Below are positions 45,471 through 55,617 of a stretch of DNA of 60,019 bases, in pieces; within the stretch, counting starts at the first letter, position 1; each line of letters opens with the position of its first letter. The DNA comes from a virus. Its lineage: Duplodnaviria > Caudoviricetes. The notes beneath the pieces are model-generated. The model had not been told where the DNA came from and searched no databases. It was given only the letters and a program-made list of their open reading frames with translations. The translations under genes and the position numbers were made by a program. The stretch covers positions 1 through 60,019 of IMG/VR virus record IMGVR_UViG_3300015171_000004; one strand, given 5' to 3'.

Positions 45471-46109
45471 CTAGATGGTGTTATAGGTGATATTGATGAG
45501 ACATTGCTGAGGGTTGCCAATAGGTGACTGGCCGCTAGGAATAAACGCCCCTATCCAAAATTGCTGCTGAGAGCCGGATGCAATGCTACCAACCGACTGA
45601 GACCCTGCAAAGCCCGCGCTAATGGACGTGATAGACACGTTACAGTCAGCGAAGCCGCTTGTTGTCGATGGAGATGAATTAGACGGTGTGATGGCCGTGC
45701 TTTGTGCCGTTTGATCCCCGGCGTTGTATGCGTACCATGTGCCGACATTCGTGGTTCCGTTGGCTGCGGCGTTGGTCCCGTCGTTGCTAATTCCGTTCGT
45801 CTGATCTCCAACGGCAAGAACATAGTTCCACTGCACAACCGCAACGCTATTGGCGTGTGAGATGGTTGTTGCTTTGGCAAGGTTCAGGGTGTTGCTTGTG
45901 ATGCTGGTGTATGCGATTGTCTCAAGGTTCCCGGCTGTATCAATATCGATGATACCCTGTGCTGGCATGCCCGCAGTAGTTGTGCAGATGATGGCAGTAG
46001 CACCGATGGCAAGCGTGCCGCCGTTGTTTAGGGTGGTGCTAACATTGGCCGTGTGTGCCACTTCGCTAGCGTGTGCGTTGTCGGTATAGACCTTAATGAT
46101 TGCTGGCAT
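45471..46109 (-). CDS. Putative virion structural protein (neck/tail appendage)
   Basis: T/A/N-rich, TTL...I...TAGMP.QG.I.I...E.I.Y motif; in neck module. Confidence 0.65.
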   Translation of the reverse strand: MPAIIKVYTDNAHASEVAHTANVSTTLNNGGTLAIGATAIICTTTAGMPAQGIIDIDTAGNLETIAYTSITSNTLNLAKATTISHANSVAVVQWNYVLAVGDQTNGISNDGTNAAANGTTNVGTWYAYNAGDQTAQSTAITPSNSSPSTTSGFADCNVSITSISAGFAGSQSVGSIASGSQQQFWIGAFIPSGQSPIGNPQQCLINITYNTI

Positions 46110-46120
46110 GTAATGCCCTC

Positions 46121-46507
46121 CTATGCTTTCAAAGCTAATGCCATTAGAGCGGCAAAGCTAGCAACTAATAACTCACGTTCAATTTCTAAAGACGGTATCA
46201 TGTACGGCTGGGCGTCCATCTTAGACGTTCCAAACTCTAGGAATGCTGCATATTCGGTATCGGCCAGTGCCTCGGCGCTGAACATTCCCGGCGCAAGATA
46301 GGCCACAACCCTAGAGCGTATGCTATCCCTAAGCATGCCAGTGTCAACGGGCGCAAGATATGCAGCACCAATTGCTATGCGTTCTGCGCTTGCAGTTATC
46401 TCTTTTTCCATTGCCGCAGTAACCGCCGCCAACTTCCTCGCTATCGCTAGCTCTATCATTGACGCGCCCGATACAGAAACCCTAATGCTAGACACCCTGT
46501 ATCCCAC
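46121..46507 (-). CDS. HK97 gp10-family tail completion protein
   Basis: APVDTGMLRDSI...YAAFLEFGTSKMDAQPYM.P. Confidence 0.92.
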   Translation of the reverse strand: MGYRVSSIRVSVSGASMIELAIARKLAAVTAAMEKEITASAERIAIGAAYLAPVDTGMLRDSIRSRVVAYLAPGMFSAEALADTEYAAFLEFGTSKMDAQPYMIPSLEIERELLVASFAALMALALKA

Positions 46508-46874
46508 TTTCTGTACAGAACAATTGCATGTACTTGCGCCGACTGTTTACGTCGCTAACCCTGGTTATCTCTAGGATAGCCCCAGACTCTTTCATGTGTA
46601 CCCGGCAGGCTTTTGTTATTCTAGCATCGTAGCGAACGGTGATAACGGTGGTTATCGTTGTGGCTAGTTGACCTGCTGCAATAACCATGCCCCCAGATTT
46701 ATCCTCAACGGCTCCCCAAACGGTTGCTATGGTTGACCACGTTGGAGTACGACCGCCGCCAGCGTCAATAGCGTTTCCCGATATCGCCTCTATATACAGT
46801 TGGTCCCTCAAGAATGAGGCGGGCATAATTCCTAATTTAATAAGTTGTGCTAGGCTTTGTGGTGGCTTAGGCAT
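46488..46874 (-). CDS. Head closure protein (SPP1 gp16-like)
   Basis: LRDQL.I...D..GG...W..IATVW...ITVRY. Confidence 0.88.
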   Translation of the reverse strand: MPKPPQSLAQLIKLGIMPASFLRDQLYIEAISGNAIDAGGGRTPTWSTIATVWGAVEDKSGGMVIAAGQLATTITTVITVRYDARITKACRVHMKESGAILEITRVSDVNSRRKYMQLFCTESGIQGV

Positions 46875-47503
46875 TATATGAGATTGATCCTCTCTTGATT
46901 AAGCAGGCACATAGCCCCGGTCTCCATAGCCGCCCCGTCCCTATCATCAAAGTAGGACATGATAAGCATATACATAGCCTCTAAAATGTTCTCGCTTAGC
47001 AGTGAGAAGTCGCTGTACCCGGCTATGTATGTTAGCTTGACCCTGTGTGTGTATTCGCGTGTGAGGAACGCGGTCGTAAATGCGCCGTAGCGTGTCGTAA
47101 CGATCGCTGGGACGCTGTCAAGGTCTATATCCAAATAGTTGGCGGGCATAACGTTCCATACCCGGTAGTGGTCCTCATAATAGATTGACGCCGTTGGGTT
47201 TCCGGTCGTTGGATCGGTTACAGACAGGAAAGATTGCACTGGCGACATCGGGACAAAGATCTCTCTAGACTGTCCTCTAGTGCCTCCCAGGTGACCGACA
47301 AGTGGTCTGTCTGTTTCGACGATACTCTGATAGGTCTGAGAGGCTATAGCCATCCCTAGCACGTTCTCACACGTCCTACGGGCAGACTTAATGATCCTCG
47401 TTATGGTAGCATTGTTTGCATCGTCGGTCACGCGAAGATAATCCTTCGCATCCGCTAATAAAATGGGTTCAACGGTTGATGCTACGATAACTTTAGTGCT
47501 CAT
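46874..47503 (-). CDS. Head-tail connector (HK97 gp6-like)
   Basis: EPI.LADAKDYLRV...I.SAR..CE...Y.AGY. Confidence 0.9.
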   Translation of the reverse strand: MSTKVIVASTVEPILLADAKDYLRVTDDANNATITRIIKSARRTCENVLGMAIASQTYQSIVETDRPLVGHLGGTRGQSREIFVPMSPVQSFLSVTDPTTGNPTASIYYEDHYRVWNVMPANYLDIDLDSVPAIVTTRYGAFTTAFLTREYTHRVKLTYIAGYSDFSLLSENILEAMYMLIMSYFDDRDGAAMETGAMCLLNQERINLI

Positions 47504-47582
47504 TGTATGCCCCTCTCTTTAAAATAGGTGGGCGCGGTTGCACCCATATTATGTAGTGCATAGTCCCCCGCGCCCGATAAAA

Positions 47583-48011
47583 TCAGATTACTAGTGTGGT
47601 CATTGCTCCGCCGAGGTGACGTGCGTGTGACAGGACTGCGACCGCGCCAACCGAAGCGCCGGTGCTAACAGTTCCGCCCAAGGCAACCTGGGCCTTGAGG
47701 AAACGCTTGCTACCTTTGTATCCGATAGCGTTGGTGACGTTTGCCGTACCGGTATTCGTCGCTGGGTATGCCCCGCCGATAATATCAGACGTAGCTACAG
47801 CCGTGTATGTGCCGTTGACTGTCGCACACTCTACCAGCGACAAGTCAACCGTGCATGCGCCGGAAACCGCGCCAGTGTTGAATACGAAGGTTGCGCTCTC
47901 GTATCCCTGGGTATCAACCGCAACCGCGCCGGTTGTCGTGCTAGCAGTAGCAAGAACCGGAGGTACGCTGAGTACCAGGGAAATGTTATTTACTAAATCT
48001 CGTGTTGCCAT
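47583..48011 (-). CDS. Putative capsid-associated structural protein
   Basis: VDTQGYESATF...GYKGSKRFL; downstream of capsid gene. Confidence 0.7.
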   Translation of the reverse strand: MATRDLVNNISLVLSVPPVLATASTTTGAVAVDTQGYESATFVFNTGAVSGACTVDLSLVECATVNGTYTAVATSDIIGGAYPATNTGTANVTNAIGYKGSKRFLKAQVALGGTVSTGASVGAVAVLSHARHLGGAMTTLVI

Positions 48012-48034
48012 TGTATAATTCTCCTAATTGGATG

Positions 48035-48601
48035 CTATCCTAATTCAACCTCAAAGCCCTTGAGGGTGATAATGATCGGTAGTGCTGAGCCGCCCGCAGT
48101 AAGGTAGTCTAGATAGACTTCCAATCCCTGGCCGGGATCAATTTCGTACAGTTCGTCATGCCCCATAATGTTTAACACTGTTGGGTTTGATGGGTCCGTA
48201 CTACTAACATAGACGGGCGTTCCATTTACCGGCCCTGTCGGTGTCGTTTGCGTGTCGTATTCTAACGTGACTACCGACGCCGTACCAGCAGCGTGCATGC
48301 TCTTGGCAGATCCGCCAGCCGTTAGACCGGGATCACTTGCTAGGGCGGACATCATCGTTACAACGTTTGTCTGGCCGGTTCTTACTTCAGCACTGTAAAT
48401 GAATACGCTCTTTACGTTAGTAGATGGGTTCCAAAGGACGAACTTCGTGTTTTTGTTCGTGACTCCGATTGCCAGGGGCGCGCCAGTCGTGGTATTCACG
48501 TTCTGGTATACAAACGTTTGCCCGGCCAGTGCCATCTTCCATACGAGATTGTTCTCTACTACGTTGGCCGACTGGTCGTACAAATTTATCTTAAATGCCA
48601 T
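48035..48601 (-). CDS. Putative capsid decoration/structural protein
   Basis: GGAGG RBS; immediately after the major capsid gene. Confidence 0.6.
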   Translation of the reverse strand: MAFKINLYDQSANVVENNLVWKMALAGQTFVYQNVNTTTGAPLAIGVTNKNTKFVLWNPSTNVKSVFIYSAEVRTGQTNVVTMMSALASDPGLTAGGSAKSMHAAGTASVVTLEYDTQTTPTGPVNGTPVYVSSTDPSNPTVLNIMGHDELYEIDPGQGLEVYLDYLTAGGSALPIIITLKGFEVELG

Positions 48602-48651
48602 GTTGTTACCTCCATGCTATGGTGGGGAATGTTTCATCCCCACCTTACGAA

Positions 48652-49815
48652 CTAGGAAACGGAGGTTTTAATTTTCAGCATTGCCTCTGGCAAGAGAACC
48701 TGGCCGCCAACACGTTTACGAACGATCAAAGCAATCTGACCGGACTCGGCGTATTTTTCCACCAAACGCTTGACAACCATAGTCACGCGGTCAACAACGA
48801 TGTACCCACGACGGAAATCACCGAACATCACCGAGTAGCTGTTACCAGACACCAGGGGCATGTCAATGCATTCACGATAGGGCTGCGCGAGGATAGTGTT
48901 AGGTTGTGATCCGAATGCAGGCGCCCAAAGGTACTGGCCGTATGCGTCTTTCATCGTACGGACCTGACCAACGGTTGCGCGGCGCATTAACCACGTTGCG
49001 TTCGTTGCGTATGTCTCCGGTAAGGAGTAGTAAGCGCCAATGAGTCCATCAGGAGTCAATGCACTTGCGCCCAGTCCTGGGGCATAGTTCACGAGGGCAT
49101 TGGTCAACAAGCCTTCGGGTTTGCCAATTCCATCACCGGAAACGAAGGCCGCGCCCTCAGCAACACCGAACTGTTCCGAACATTCTTTACGGATTTCTGC
49201 TTCAATGTCGAACGCGCTATCTTCAAGATCCTGCTCGCTGACAATGACTTCGGCATACAGTTCATGGTTAGGAATATCTTCCATACCATACTTCAGACCG
49301 GCAGTTTCAGACTTCGCGCCCGTCTCAGAAATCCAGCGTGCTGCGAACGTGCCTTTACGAACTGGCTGGCGGATAGAGCGGTTAGAGGTGCTGCGAACGG
49401 TCGCAACTTCACGGACTGGTGAGAAGTTGATGATACCCTTGATAATGTCGTTGACCATCTCAGAGTAGGCCAACCAACCGCCAGCGCTATCATCAGACAA
49501 GCTTAAGGCTTTTGCTTCTGTCTGGGAAACGATAGGGAGTTGTTTGCGCTCGTCACCGCTTAGGCTAGTGTATCCGCCGCGCATCGCTTTTAGGAGAATG
49601 CCCTTGTACTGTGCATTGCTCTCGTCGGTTGTGGTGTGGCTTGTGCTGAAGTCTGGACGGCTGGCTTTTGTCTCTAGTTCGTCGATGCGTGCATTCAAGG
49701 CGTTGACCTTGTTAATGCTTTCCTGCAAAGCGGCGTCCTTAGAGTCCATAGCGTCTTTCATTTGGTGCCAATTAGATCGGATCTCGTCGGCAACTTTTTT
49801 CATTTCATCGGTCAT
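48652..49815 (-). CDS. HK97-family major capsid protein
   Basis: Coiled-coil delta domain, GGWL, LEDS, G.G..KPEGL, QYLW.P, FGDF..GY...DR, RVGG. Confidence 0.97.
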   Translation of the reverse strand: MTDEMKKVADEIRSNWHQMKDAMDSKDAALQESINKVNALNARIDELETKASRPDFSTSHTTTDESNAQYKGILLKAMRGGYTSLSGDERKQLPIVSQTEAKALSLSDDSAGGWLAYSEMVNDIIKGIINFSPVREVATVRSTSNRSIRQPVRKGTFAARWISETGAKSETAGLKYGMEDIPNHELYAEVIVSEQDLEDSAFDIEAEIRKECSEQFGVAEGAAFVSGDGIGKPEGLLTNALVNYAPGLGASALTPDGLIGAYYSLPETYATNATWLMRRATVGQVRTMKDAYGQYLWAPAFGSQPNTILAQPYRECIDMPLVSGNSYSVMFGDFRRGYIVVDRVTMVVKRLVEKYAESGQIALIVRKRVGGQVLLPEAMLKIKTSVS

Positions 49816-49817
49816 GA

Positions 49818-50966
49818 TTAAATGTCCTTCTGACTTGGTGTCATGAGTTTCAATAGGTCGTTGAATGGATTTACATCCTTCGTTGACACTTCCAATAAAA
49901 GGGATTGCATAGCCGCGAGACCACTTTCTTTTGTCTCGGTTTCATCGGTTGGAGTGACCACTTCGTCTTCTGACTTTGTGACCGGCTCTTCTTCCGTATG
50001 CTTAGCGACATCTTCCAGCCCACCAGAAGTAGACATATCAATGTTGTCGCCACCATTTACAATCTTATGTAATTCGTTCAAGTGACCAACCGCGCCCTTA
50101 ACGTGGGTTACGATAGCCGTCTTGTTTTTATCTGAGAACGTCGCCCCGGCTTTTGCCGATAGCTCCGTATCATCACTACAGTAGTATGAGGCCCCAGGCC
50201 CCTCTGTCTGTTCCTGCTGATCGAGGTAGTCAGCGACGCCCAGGTCTATACCCTCTTGAACATACGCCCTAAGGGCGGATAGAAAACCCTTACCATCAGG
50301 CCCATCATTTAAGATGGTGTTGTCGAGATCTTCCATAGGTTGATCCCCAATGTCGAACGCATCCATTAGTGCTGACTTCAAGGCCCCCACCAATGTATAG
50401 AAGTCTGCGTTCATCCAATGACCAATTTGTGCTACCCTGTATTCGTCGCCAAAAGCTTTGCGCCCTGTCTTATCCATTGCTTTTACCGTATTCCTTGCCA
50501 CCAGTGCAGCGCCGTTAGCGGGCATAGTAACAATACTTCCCTCGAATAGTTGTATCTCTTTTAGGAGACGTACGTTGCTGCCCTTCTGCATGCCGTCCTG
50601 TAAGACCCTGTAACCGATAGACATAGCCCGCAGATAGCCCTTCTTAATTCCGGAATATGCACGCCTTCCCTGTTCGATGTCCAGATCTAACTGACCCACA
50701 ACCCAGAGTCCATCTTTCCGCTCCTCCATCTCCACAAAGCCGCCAATAGGCTCCTCGGTTTGGTGTTGCCATAAAATCGGGTAAAGATAGGGATTCTCTT
50801 CGCTCTTCATTGCGTACGCTTCTGATAGTGTTTTCTTGTATGCCCCAGGTACTACTGCGTCTTTCACCTTGTCAACGTCGTACGTGCTGAGATAGCCCTG
50901 AAAGCTACCGTCGTCGTCGTTTGTTGACTTGATGCTAAACGCTAAGTTTTTCGTCTGATACTTCAA
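49818..50966 (-). CDS. HK97-type prohead protease (S78) with C-terminal extension
   Basis: FQGY, LWQH...PIG, MSIGY, LFEGSIVTMPAN; TTG start after CAGGAG. Confidence 0.92.
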   Translation of the reverse strand: MKYQTKNLAFSIKSTNDDDGSFQGYLSTYDVDKVKDAVVPGAYKKTLSEAYAMKSEENPYLYPILWQHQTEEPIGGFVEMEERKDGLWVVGQLDLDIEQGRRAYSGIKKGYLRAMSIGYRVLQDGMQKGSNVRLLKEIQLFEGSIVTMPANGAALVARNTVKAMDKTGRKAFGDEYRVAQIGHWMNADFYTLVGALKSALMDAFDIGDQPMEDLDNTILNDGPDGKGFLSALRAYVQEGIDLGVADYLDQQEQTEGPGASYYCSDDTELSAKAGATFSDKNKTAIVTHVKGAVGHLNELHKIVNGGDNIDMSTSGGLEDVAKHTEEEPVTKSEDEVVTPTDETETKESGLAAMQSLLLEVSTKDVNPFNDLLKLMTPSQKDI

Positions 50967-51049
50967 AATGTTTTCTCCTGTAAATACGACTAAGGCAAGC
51001 AACCGAGCCAGGAAGAAAGGAGAGAAAGACCTGCCCGATTGCTATACTT

Positions 51050-51078
51050 AGTATACACGCTTCTACGAATAGTGTCAA
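51050..51078 (-). promoter_or_regulatory. sigma70-type promoter TTGACA-N17-TATACT for head genes
   Basis: Consensus boxes; no AGTACT cassette. Confidence 0.7.
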
Positions 51079-51080
51079 GC

Positions 51081-52508
51081 TTATTGCACTATACCTTTAG
51101 TAATTGTCTTCACCTCGTTGATAACTTTGGAAAAGAGAAGGTTTTCTACTGACTTATCGCCCTCTGTTTGGTCGCCCGCTGCCGGTTGCTTTGGCGCGTC
51201 CGCTGCCGGGTTTCCACCCTGCGCCCCCGATGCCTGGGGTTTATTCCCTGGTACCGTTGCAGGTGGTGGTGGAAGTATCTGTGGTGGCTCCGGCTCGGTG
51301 TTGATCTTTTCCGCATCCTCTAGGATAACGTTCTTAGTGTTGTAAAGCATTTCAACTTCCTTGTCAACGTCATACCCTAGTTCCTTGCGTGCCTCACCAT
51401 GACTAAGCAAGCCAGCATTCCATACGGTGGTGACACGTGTGACAAGTGAGTCCCTGTTGTCTTGCAACGCCTCTATATCGTCCTTATTGTAGTCATAGTA
51501 ACAATCGAACCGCGCCCCCAGGAATGCGTTAAGCTCCTCACGTAGCGTATCCATAGTTGGGAGCGCCGTCTCCATTAGGAAGGACTTGCGAGCCTCACCA
51601 TAGTTGCTGTACGTCTTGTTGGCGCTATCCCCCAGCAGTTCAGGAGGGACGCCGATGATAAGGGCTATTTCCTTAGAGTGTTGGCGCTTATCGTTTAGCC
51701 AGTCCACATCCATAGGCGATAAGCTAAACTGCTTCCAGTCTACGTCACCCTGCAACACGAGGGGGCGGCCAGCGTTACGTGCACTGCTGTATGTGCGTGC
51801 AATCTCTTTTTTGATCTGTGCTAGGGCCTGCGGGGATAGTTGACCCTTGCTAACAATCGCGCCCGATGGCTTACCACTGTTTTGTTTAAGGGCTAAGTTC
51901 CAATCTTCGCCAGCTTCCATACTGTCAACTATGGTAGCAGCAACCGCGACCGGGGATAATCCCAGGAAGTCGTCAAACGGATTGAACGCCCTCCACTGCA
52001 TAATCACCTCTGCCGGGAATACCTTCTCGTTATTGCCTACACGGTAAATGTAGGAGTCAACGAGAGACTTACCGGGAACAATCGTCATACGGTCTGGGCG
52101 CAGCGTCCATAACTCCTTGGGCAGTCCGTTCTTCGGTCCTGCTGTAGTTAGGTAACTGTTACCAGCGATGTAGTAGAAGCTGACCATTTGCTTAATCAGT
52201 GCCGATTGCCGTGTTTGTGGGTTGGGTGTGCGCAGGATATCGAGACCTGGGTGTGTGTCGAACTTTTTCTTCTTGGTCTCGTCTGCGTACACCGACCAAC
52301 TAATGCCCGCGCATGCATCGGCAATGTAGCTAATTGCGCGGTACAGATACGGATTAGCTCCATATGCCTGGGCATAGAGGTTATAGTTGCGAGGGCTTTT
52401 GTATGGCTGCCCGTTACCACTTGACACGCTTGACGTTATCAATGCGCCAACCGGGTTATCCTTGCGTTCAAGTCCTATCGCCCCCAGCACCCTATCGAAT
52501 AAGTCCAT
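51081..52508 (-). CDS. HK97-family portal protein
   Basis: HP...L..PNP, GNSY, LRPDRM, GLSP, NAG, GVPPELLG, TYSN. Confidence 0.96.
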   Translation of the reverse strand: MDLFDRVLGAIGLERKDNPVGALITSSVSSGNGQPYKSPRNYNLYAQAYGANPYLYRAISYIADACAGISWSVYADETKKKKFDTHPGLDILRTPNPQTRQSALIKQMVSFYYIAGNSYLTTAGPKNGLPKELWTLRPDRMTIVPGKSLVDSYIYRVGNNEKVFPAEVIMQWRAFNPFDDFLGLSPVAVAATIVDSMEAGEDWNLALKQNSGKPSGAIVSKGQLSPQALAQIKKEIARTYSSARNAGRPLVLQGDVDWKQFSLSPMDVDWLNDKRQHSKEIALIIGVPPELLGDSANKTYSNYGEARKSFLMETALPTMDTLREELNAFLGARFDCYYDYNKDDIEALQDNRDSLVTRVTTVWNAGLLSHGEARKELGYDVDKEVEMLYNTKNVILEDAEKINTEPEPPQILPPPPATVPGNKPQASGAQGGNPAADAPKQPAAGDQTEGDKSVENLLFSKVINEVKTITKGIVQ

Positions 52509-52547
52509 GTGTGGTTACACCTTTCCTTTTGTAGTCGTTATACAAAT

Positions 52548-52576
52548 AGTATACACTATGCCCATCGTTATAGCAA
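52548..52576 (-). promoter_or_regulatory. sigma70-type promoter TTGCTA-N17-TATACT
   Basis: Upstream of portal gene. Confidence 0.55.
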
Positions 52577-52579
52577 TCT

Positions 52580-54217
52580 TTAAAAGTCGTCCTGCATAAA
52601 GTCGCGTTCCTCAGCATCTTCTATTTCCTCAAACGTTGGGAACGATTGATCTAGTGTGTGACGTTTCGATGCATCCCCTCGTATGTCATCGTCTAGCAAA
52701 TGTACGCTAGGAGTTACCATAGAGGACATGTAGTAAGCGGCCATAGATAGCGTATCCACGAAGTCGTCATGTGACCCTAACGGAAACATTGCCATCTCGT
52801 TTACTACTATCCCACTGAAGTGTACGTGCTTAGGAAAGTACACCTTGCCATTCCCCATCATGACTGCCGCAGGCGTGGCTCTCACAACCTTGTCACCCTT
52901 GCCGTTAGGAGAATATGCGACGACTGGTATGCCCTGCTGTAGCAACTGCTGTACGACCGATAGCTGATACCCTACGCTCTCGATTGCCATAAAGGACGGG
53001 CTATATCTATAGAACGCATCCTTAAATAACGCTATCTGCTGCGGGTTGTCAAGCCTATCCCGAAGCATGTCTATCAGAATAAGATCGCAGTCAGGAGTAA
53101 GCGCCCAGACAGACACGACCGTGTAGTCGCTGGTTGTGTTCTTGGTGATGGCTAAGTCTGCTGTAACGAATACTTGGCAGTCGTTCTCGTCAATCGTTTT
53201 GGCCGTGCCATCTTTGGTAGTGAACTGATAGTATTTGTGTAGTCCATCGTCGAACGTTGTGTAGTGCCTTATCCATGCCGTCTTGAATATTTGCCCACCT
53301 GCCGGGGTCGGTCGCTGCTGGAACTGTGAGGCAAAGGACTGTGGACCTATCTGTGTCTCTAGTTTGTCCAGTTCGTTCTTTCCTATGCGTTCCTTCCATA
53401 GCGCCTCGTTTTCTTCGTTGCGTGGGTCTTCGTATGCCAGGGATGTAGAAAAGGTTTTCTTTCCCTCGTATCGCGCCGGGATAACAAGAGACTCCCACGT
53501 ACCGCCAAGTTCCATAAGCATGCCGGGGATGTCGTTCTCATGCAACCTCTGTGAAACGTTTACTATCGCGCCCGTCTTCTGATTGTTTAGGCGTGTACAG
53601 AATGCCTCGTTAAACCACATATTGGCCGCCTCACGTGTGGCTCCACTGCCACTATCCATAGCGTTTAGCAGGTCGTCCGCAACAAGGAAGTCAGCACCGA
53701 AGCCAGTTACGCTGCCGCCAGTTGAGGTTGCGAACATGCCGCCGCCTGATGTGTTCTCGTAACTACCCTTGGCGTTTTGATCCTTGGCTAGCTGGACTAC
53801 ATCGCCCCATAAGCGCTTGTACCAGTCGCTCTCTAGGATAAGACGCCTGCGCCGCGACATGCTATTCGAGAGTGCAAGCGCATACGACGATGTGATGAAC
53901 CGCTTATCTGGTTGCGTAGTCCATACCCAGCAGGGGAATGCGATTGACACCATGATAGACTTCATATGCCGTGGGGGGATGTTGATGTTCAGGCGCTTTA
54001 TCTGGCCGTCCCTTACCGCAGTCATGTGTTCTGAGATGCAATCGATAAACCACCCATCGGTGTATTCGACTCCCGGCTCTATGACGTGCCAGCACCCTGC
54101 TATGAAGTCCTTGAGAGATGCACCATACAAGATTGACTCCATCATGTCGCGCTTCATTTGATGTAGATCTTGCATGGTGTATTGCTGGATAACGTTTTCT
54201 TTCTTGCTTGTTGGCAT
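52580..54217 (-). CDS. terL: Terminase large subunit
   Basis: NIPPRHMKS, LVADD, QRLH, QFQQRP, nuclease DLA...SDYT...HDDFVD. Confidence 0.96.
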   Translation of the reverse strand: MPTSKKENVIQQYTMQDLHQMKRDMMESILYGASLKDFIAGCWHVIEPGVEYTDGWFIDCISEHMTAVRDGQIKRLNINIPPRHMKSIMVSIAFPCWVWTTQPDKRFITSSYALALSNSMSRRRRLILESDWYKRLWGDVVQLAKDQNAKGSYENTSGGGMFATSTGGSVTGFGADFLVADDLLNAMDSGSGATREAANMWFNEAFCTRLNNQKTGAIVNVSQRLHENDIPGMLMELGGTWESLVIPARYEGKKTFSTSLAYEDPRNEENEALWKERIGKNELDKLETQIGPQSFASQFQQRPTPAGGQIFKTAWIRHYTTFDDGLHKYYQFTTKDGTAKTIDENDCQVFVTADLAITKNTTSDYTVVSVWALTPDCDLILIDMLRDRLDNPQQIALFKDAFYRYSPSFMAIESVGYQLSVVQQLLQQGIPVVAYSPNGKGDKVVRATPAAVMMGNGKVYFPKHVHFSGIVVNEMAMFPLGSHDDFVDTLSMAAYYMSSMVTPSVHLLDDDIRGDASKRHTLDQSFPTFEEIEDAEERDFMQDDF

Positions 54218-54218
54218 G

Positions 54219-54833
54219 CTACAGCCCCAACTGTCTGCGGATCTCGGCTAGCGGCATATCAACCAACGACATGCGCAGATCGTCTTTGATCGTCTCGATA
54301 TCTGGACCCTTCTCTTGCGGGCCTTCGTCGTTGGTATTCATGTTCTGTCTGATGTCCGTAGCGACGCCTAACGCGATACGTCCAACCTTCTGATACTCCA
54401 TCACTTGACGGGATACTGACTTAATGATCTGGTACTTCTCGTCTAGATCTTCGGCAGCCTCTAGTTTGTCGAGAATGATCTGTAGTGCCTCTTCGGCAAG
54501 CGTACGGCACACACCATCAAATTGTTCGATTGCCGCAGCCCTATCCTCTATGGTGCGTGCTAGTGCAGTCTTGTATGCTGCTTCCTCAGCGCCTATACGT
54601 TGCCGTGACCACTTTTCCTCGGCAGCGCGTACCCGTATCTGCTGTACGGGGATGTTCAGGCGTTCTCCCACTTCTACCATAGTAGGATATTCAATTGTGC
54701 CGTCGTCGCTCTTCTCACCCTGCACATAGAGGATGCGGGCCTCATTCCAGGGATGTCGTACCTGATTGCCTGCCTTACCAAAGTTGCCTTTATTGTTTGC
54801 CCGCTTGTCGTCGGGCCGTGTGCTTTGTGCCAT
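54219..54833 (-). CDS. Putative terminase small subunit
   Basis: N-terminal HTH-like segment; directly upstream of terL. Confidence 0.65.
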   Translation of the reverse strand: MAQSTRPDDKRANNKGNFGKAGNQVRHPWNEARILYVQGEKSDDGTIEYPTMVEVGERLNIPVQQIRVRAAEEKWSRQRIGAEEAAYKTALARTIEDRAAAIEQFDGVCRTLAEEALQIILDKLEAAEDLDEKYQIIKSVSRQVMEYQKVGRIALGVATDIRQNMNTNDEGPQEKGPDIETIKDDLRMSLVDMPLAEIRRQLGL

Positions 54834-54911
54834 AGTAGTAAACCTTTTCTTCCTAACTAGAGAACGTTTTCTTCCAATACTAAATAATGCATCCTTGCAA
54901 GAAAAGGTTTT

Positions 54912-55601
54912 CTATCCCTGAACTTCTGGCTTCGGTGTCGCGTTGAACACTACGCCCGCAGGCACGGAGTCAGGAACGATGGGTGTAGTAACCGGGGCAA
55001 TCGGAGCTTCTGGCATACCAGCATGCGAGACATCAACCATAGCAGGTGCCTGCGCTGGGGCGTTCCCTCTGATTATGTCCTGTAAGCGCTTGCCTAGTTC
55101 AGCGTACACTTCGTCAAGTGCTTTAGGGTCAAGAGCGATCTGTTGCGTGGTCGCTTTGTCGATGGTTGGCTTACCAGCAAGACTAATGTTATTGTACGAT
55201 GCTTTGGCGCTATCACTTACGAGATTAAGGGCCGTTGCTACTCCGCTATCGCCTTGTGCATTGAAGTACTTAGCAATGGCCTGTAACAGCGACACGACTG
55301 CGGCAGTAACGCTTGCAATGATGAGGGTTCCATTGATAGGCGCTCCGGTTGCAACGGCACTAGTGACCACTACGCCAGCACTAGTAAAGGCACCGATTAG
55401 CAGGGACTTGCCGAAGCGTAGTATAGCGCGTTCCATAGGAGTCATAACTTGGTTGTTCGACGCCTTAGCAATAATGTTTGTCATTCTGTTGTTTTTCCTT
55501 TGTGTGTTGTATGCGTACAGGAAGGTCACTAGAGACCCTGCGTTATTCGTTAGTATGATTATACCACAAACTAGTACATAAGTCACTAGCGACCCTCTCA
55601 T
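54912..55601 (-). CDS. Holin-like membrane protein (likely start near 55484)
   Basis: Two TM segments; follows the lysins. Confidence 0.55.
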   Translation of the reverse strand: MRGSLVTYVLVCGIIILTNNAGSLVTFLYAYNTQRKNNRMTNIIAKASNNQVMTPMERAILRFGKSLLIGAFTSAGVVVTSAVATGAPINGTLIIASVTAAVVSLLQAIAKYFNAQGDSGVATALNLVSDSAKASYNNISLAGKPTIDKATTQQIALDPKALDEVYAELGKRLQDIIRGNAPAQAPAMVDVSHAGMPEAPIAPVTTPIVPDSVPAGVVFNATPKPEVQG

Positions 55602-55617
55602 TGACGCTACGGATACG

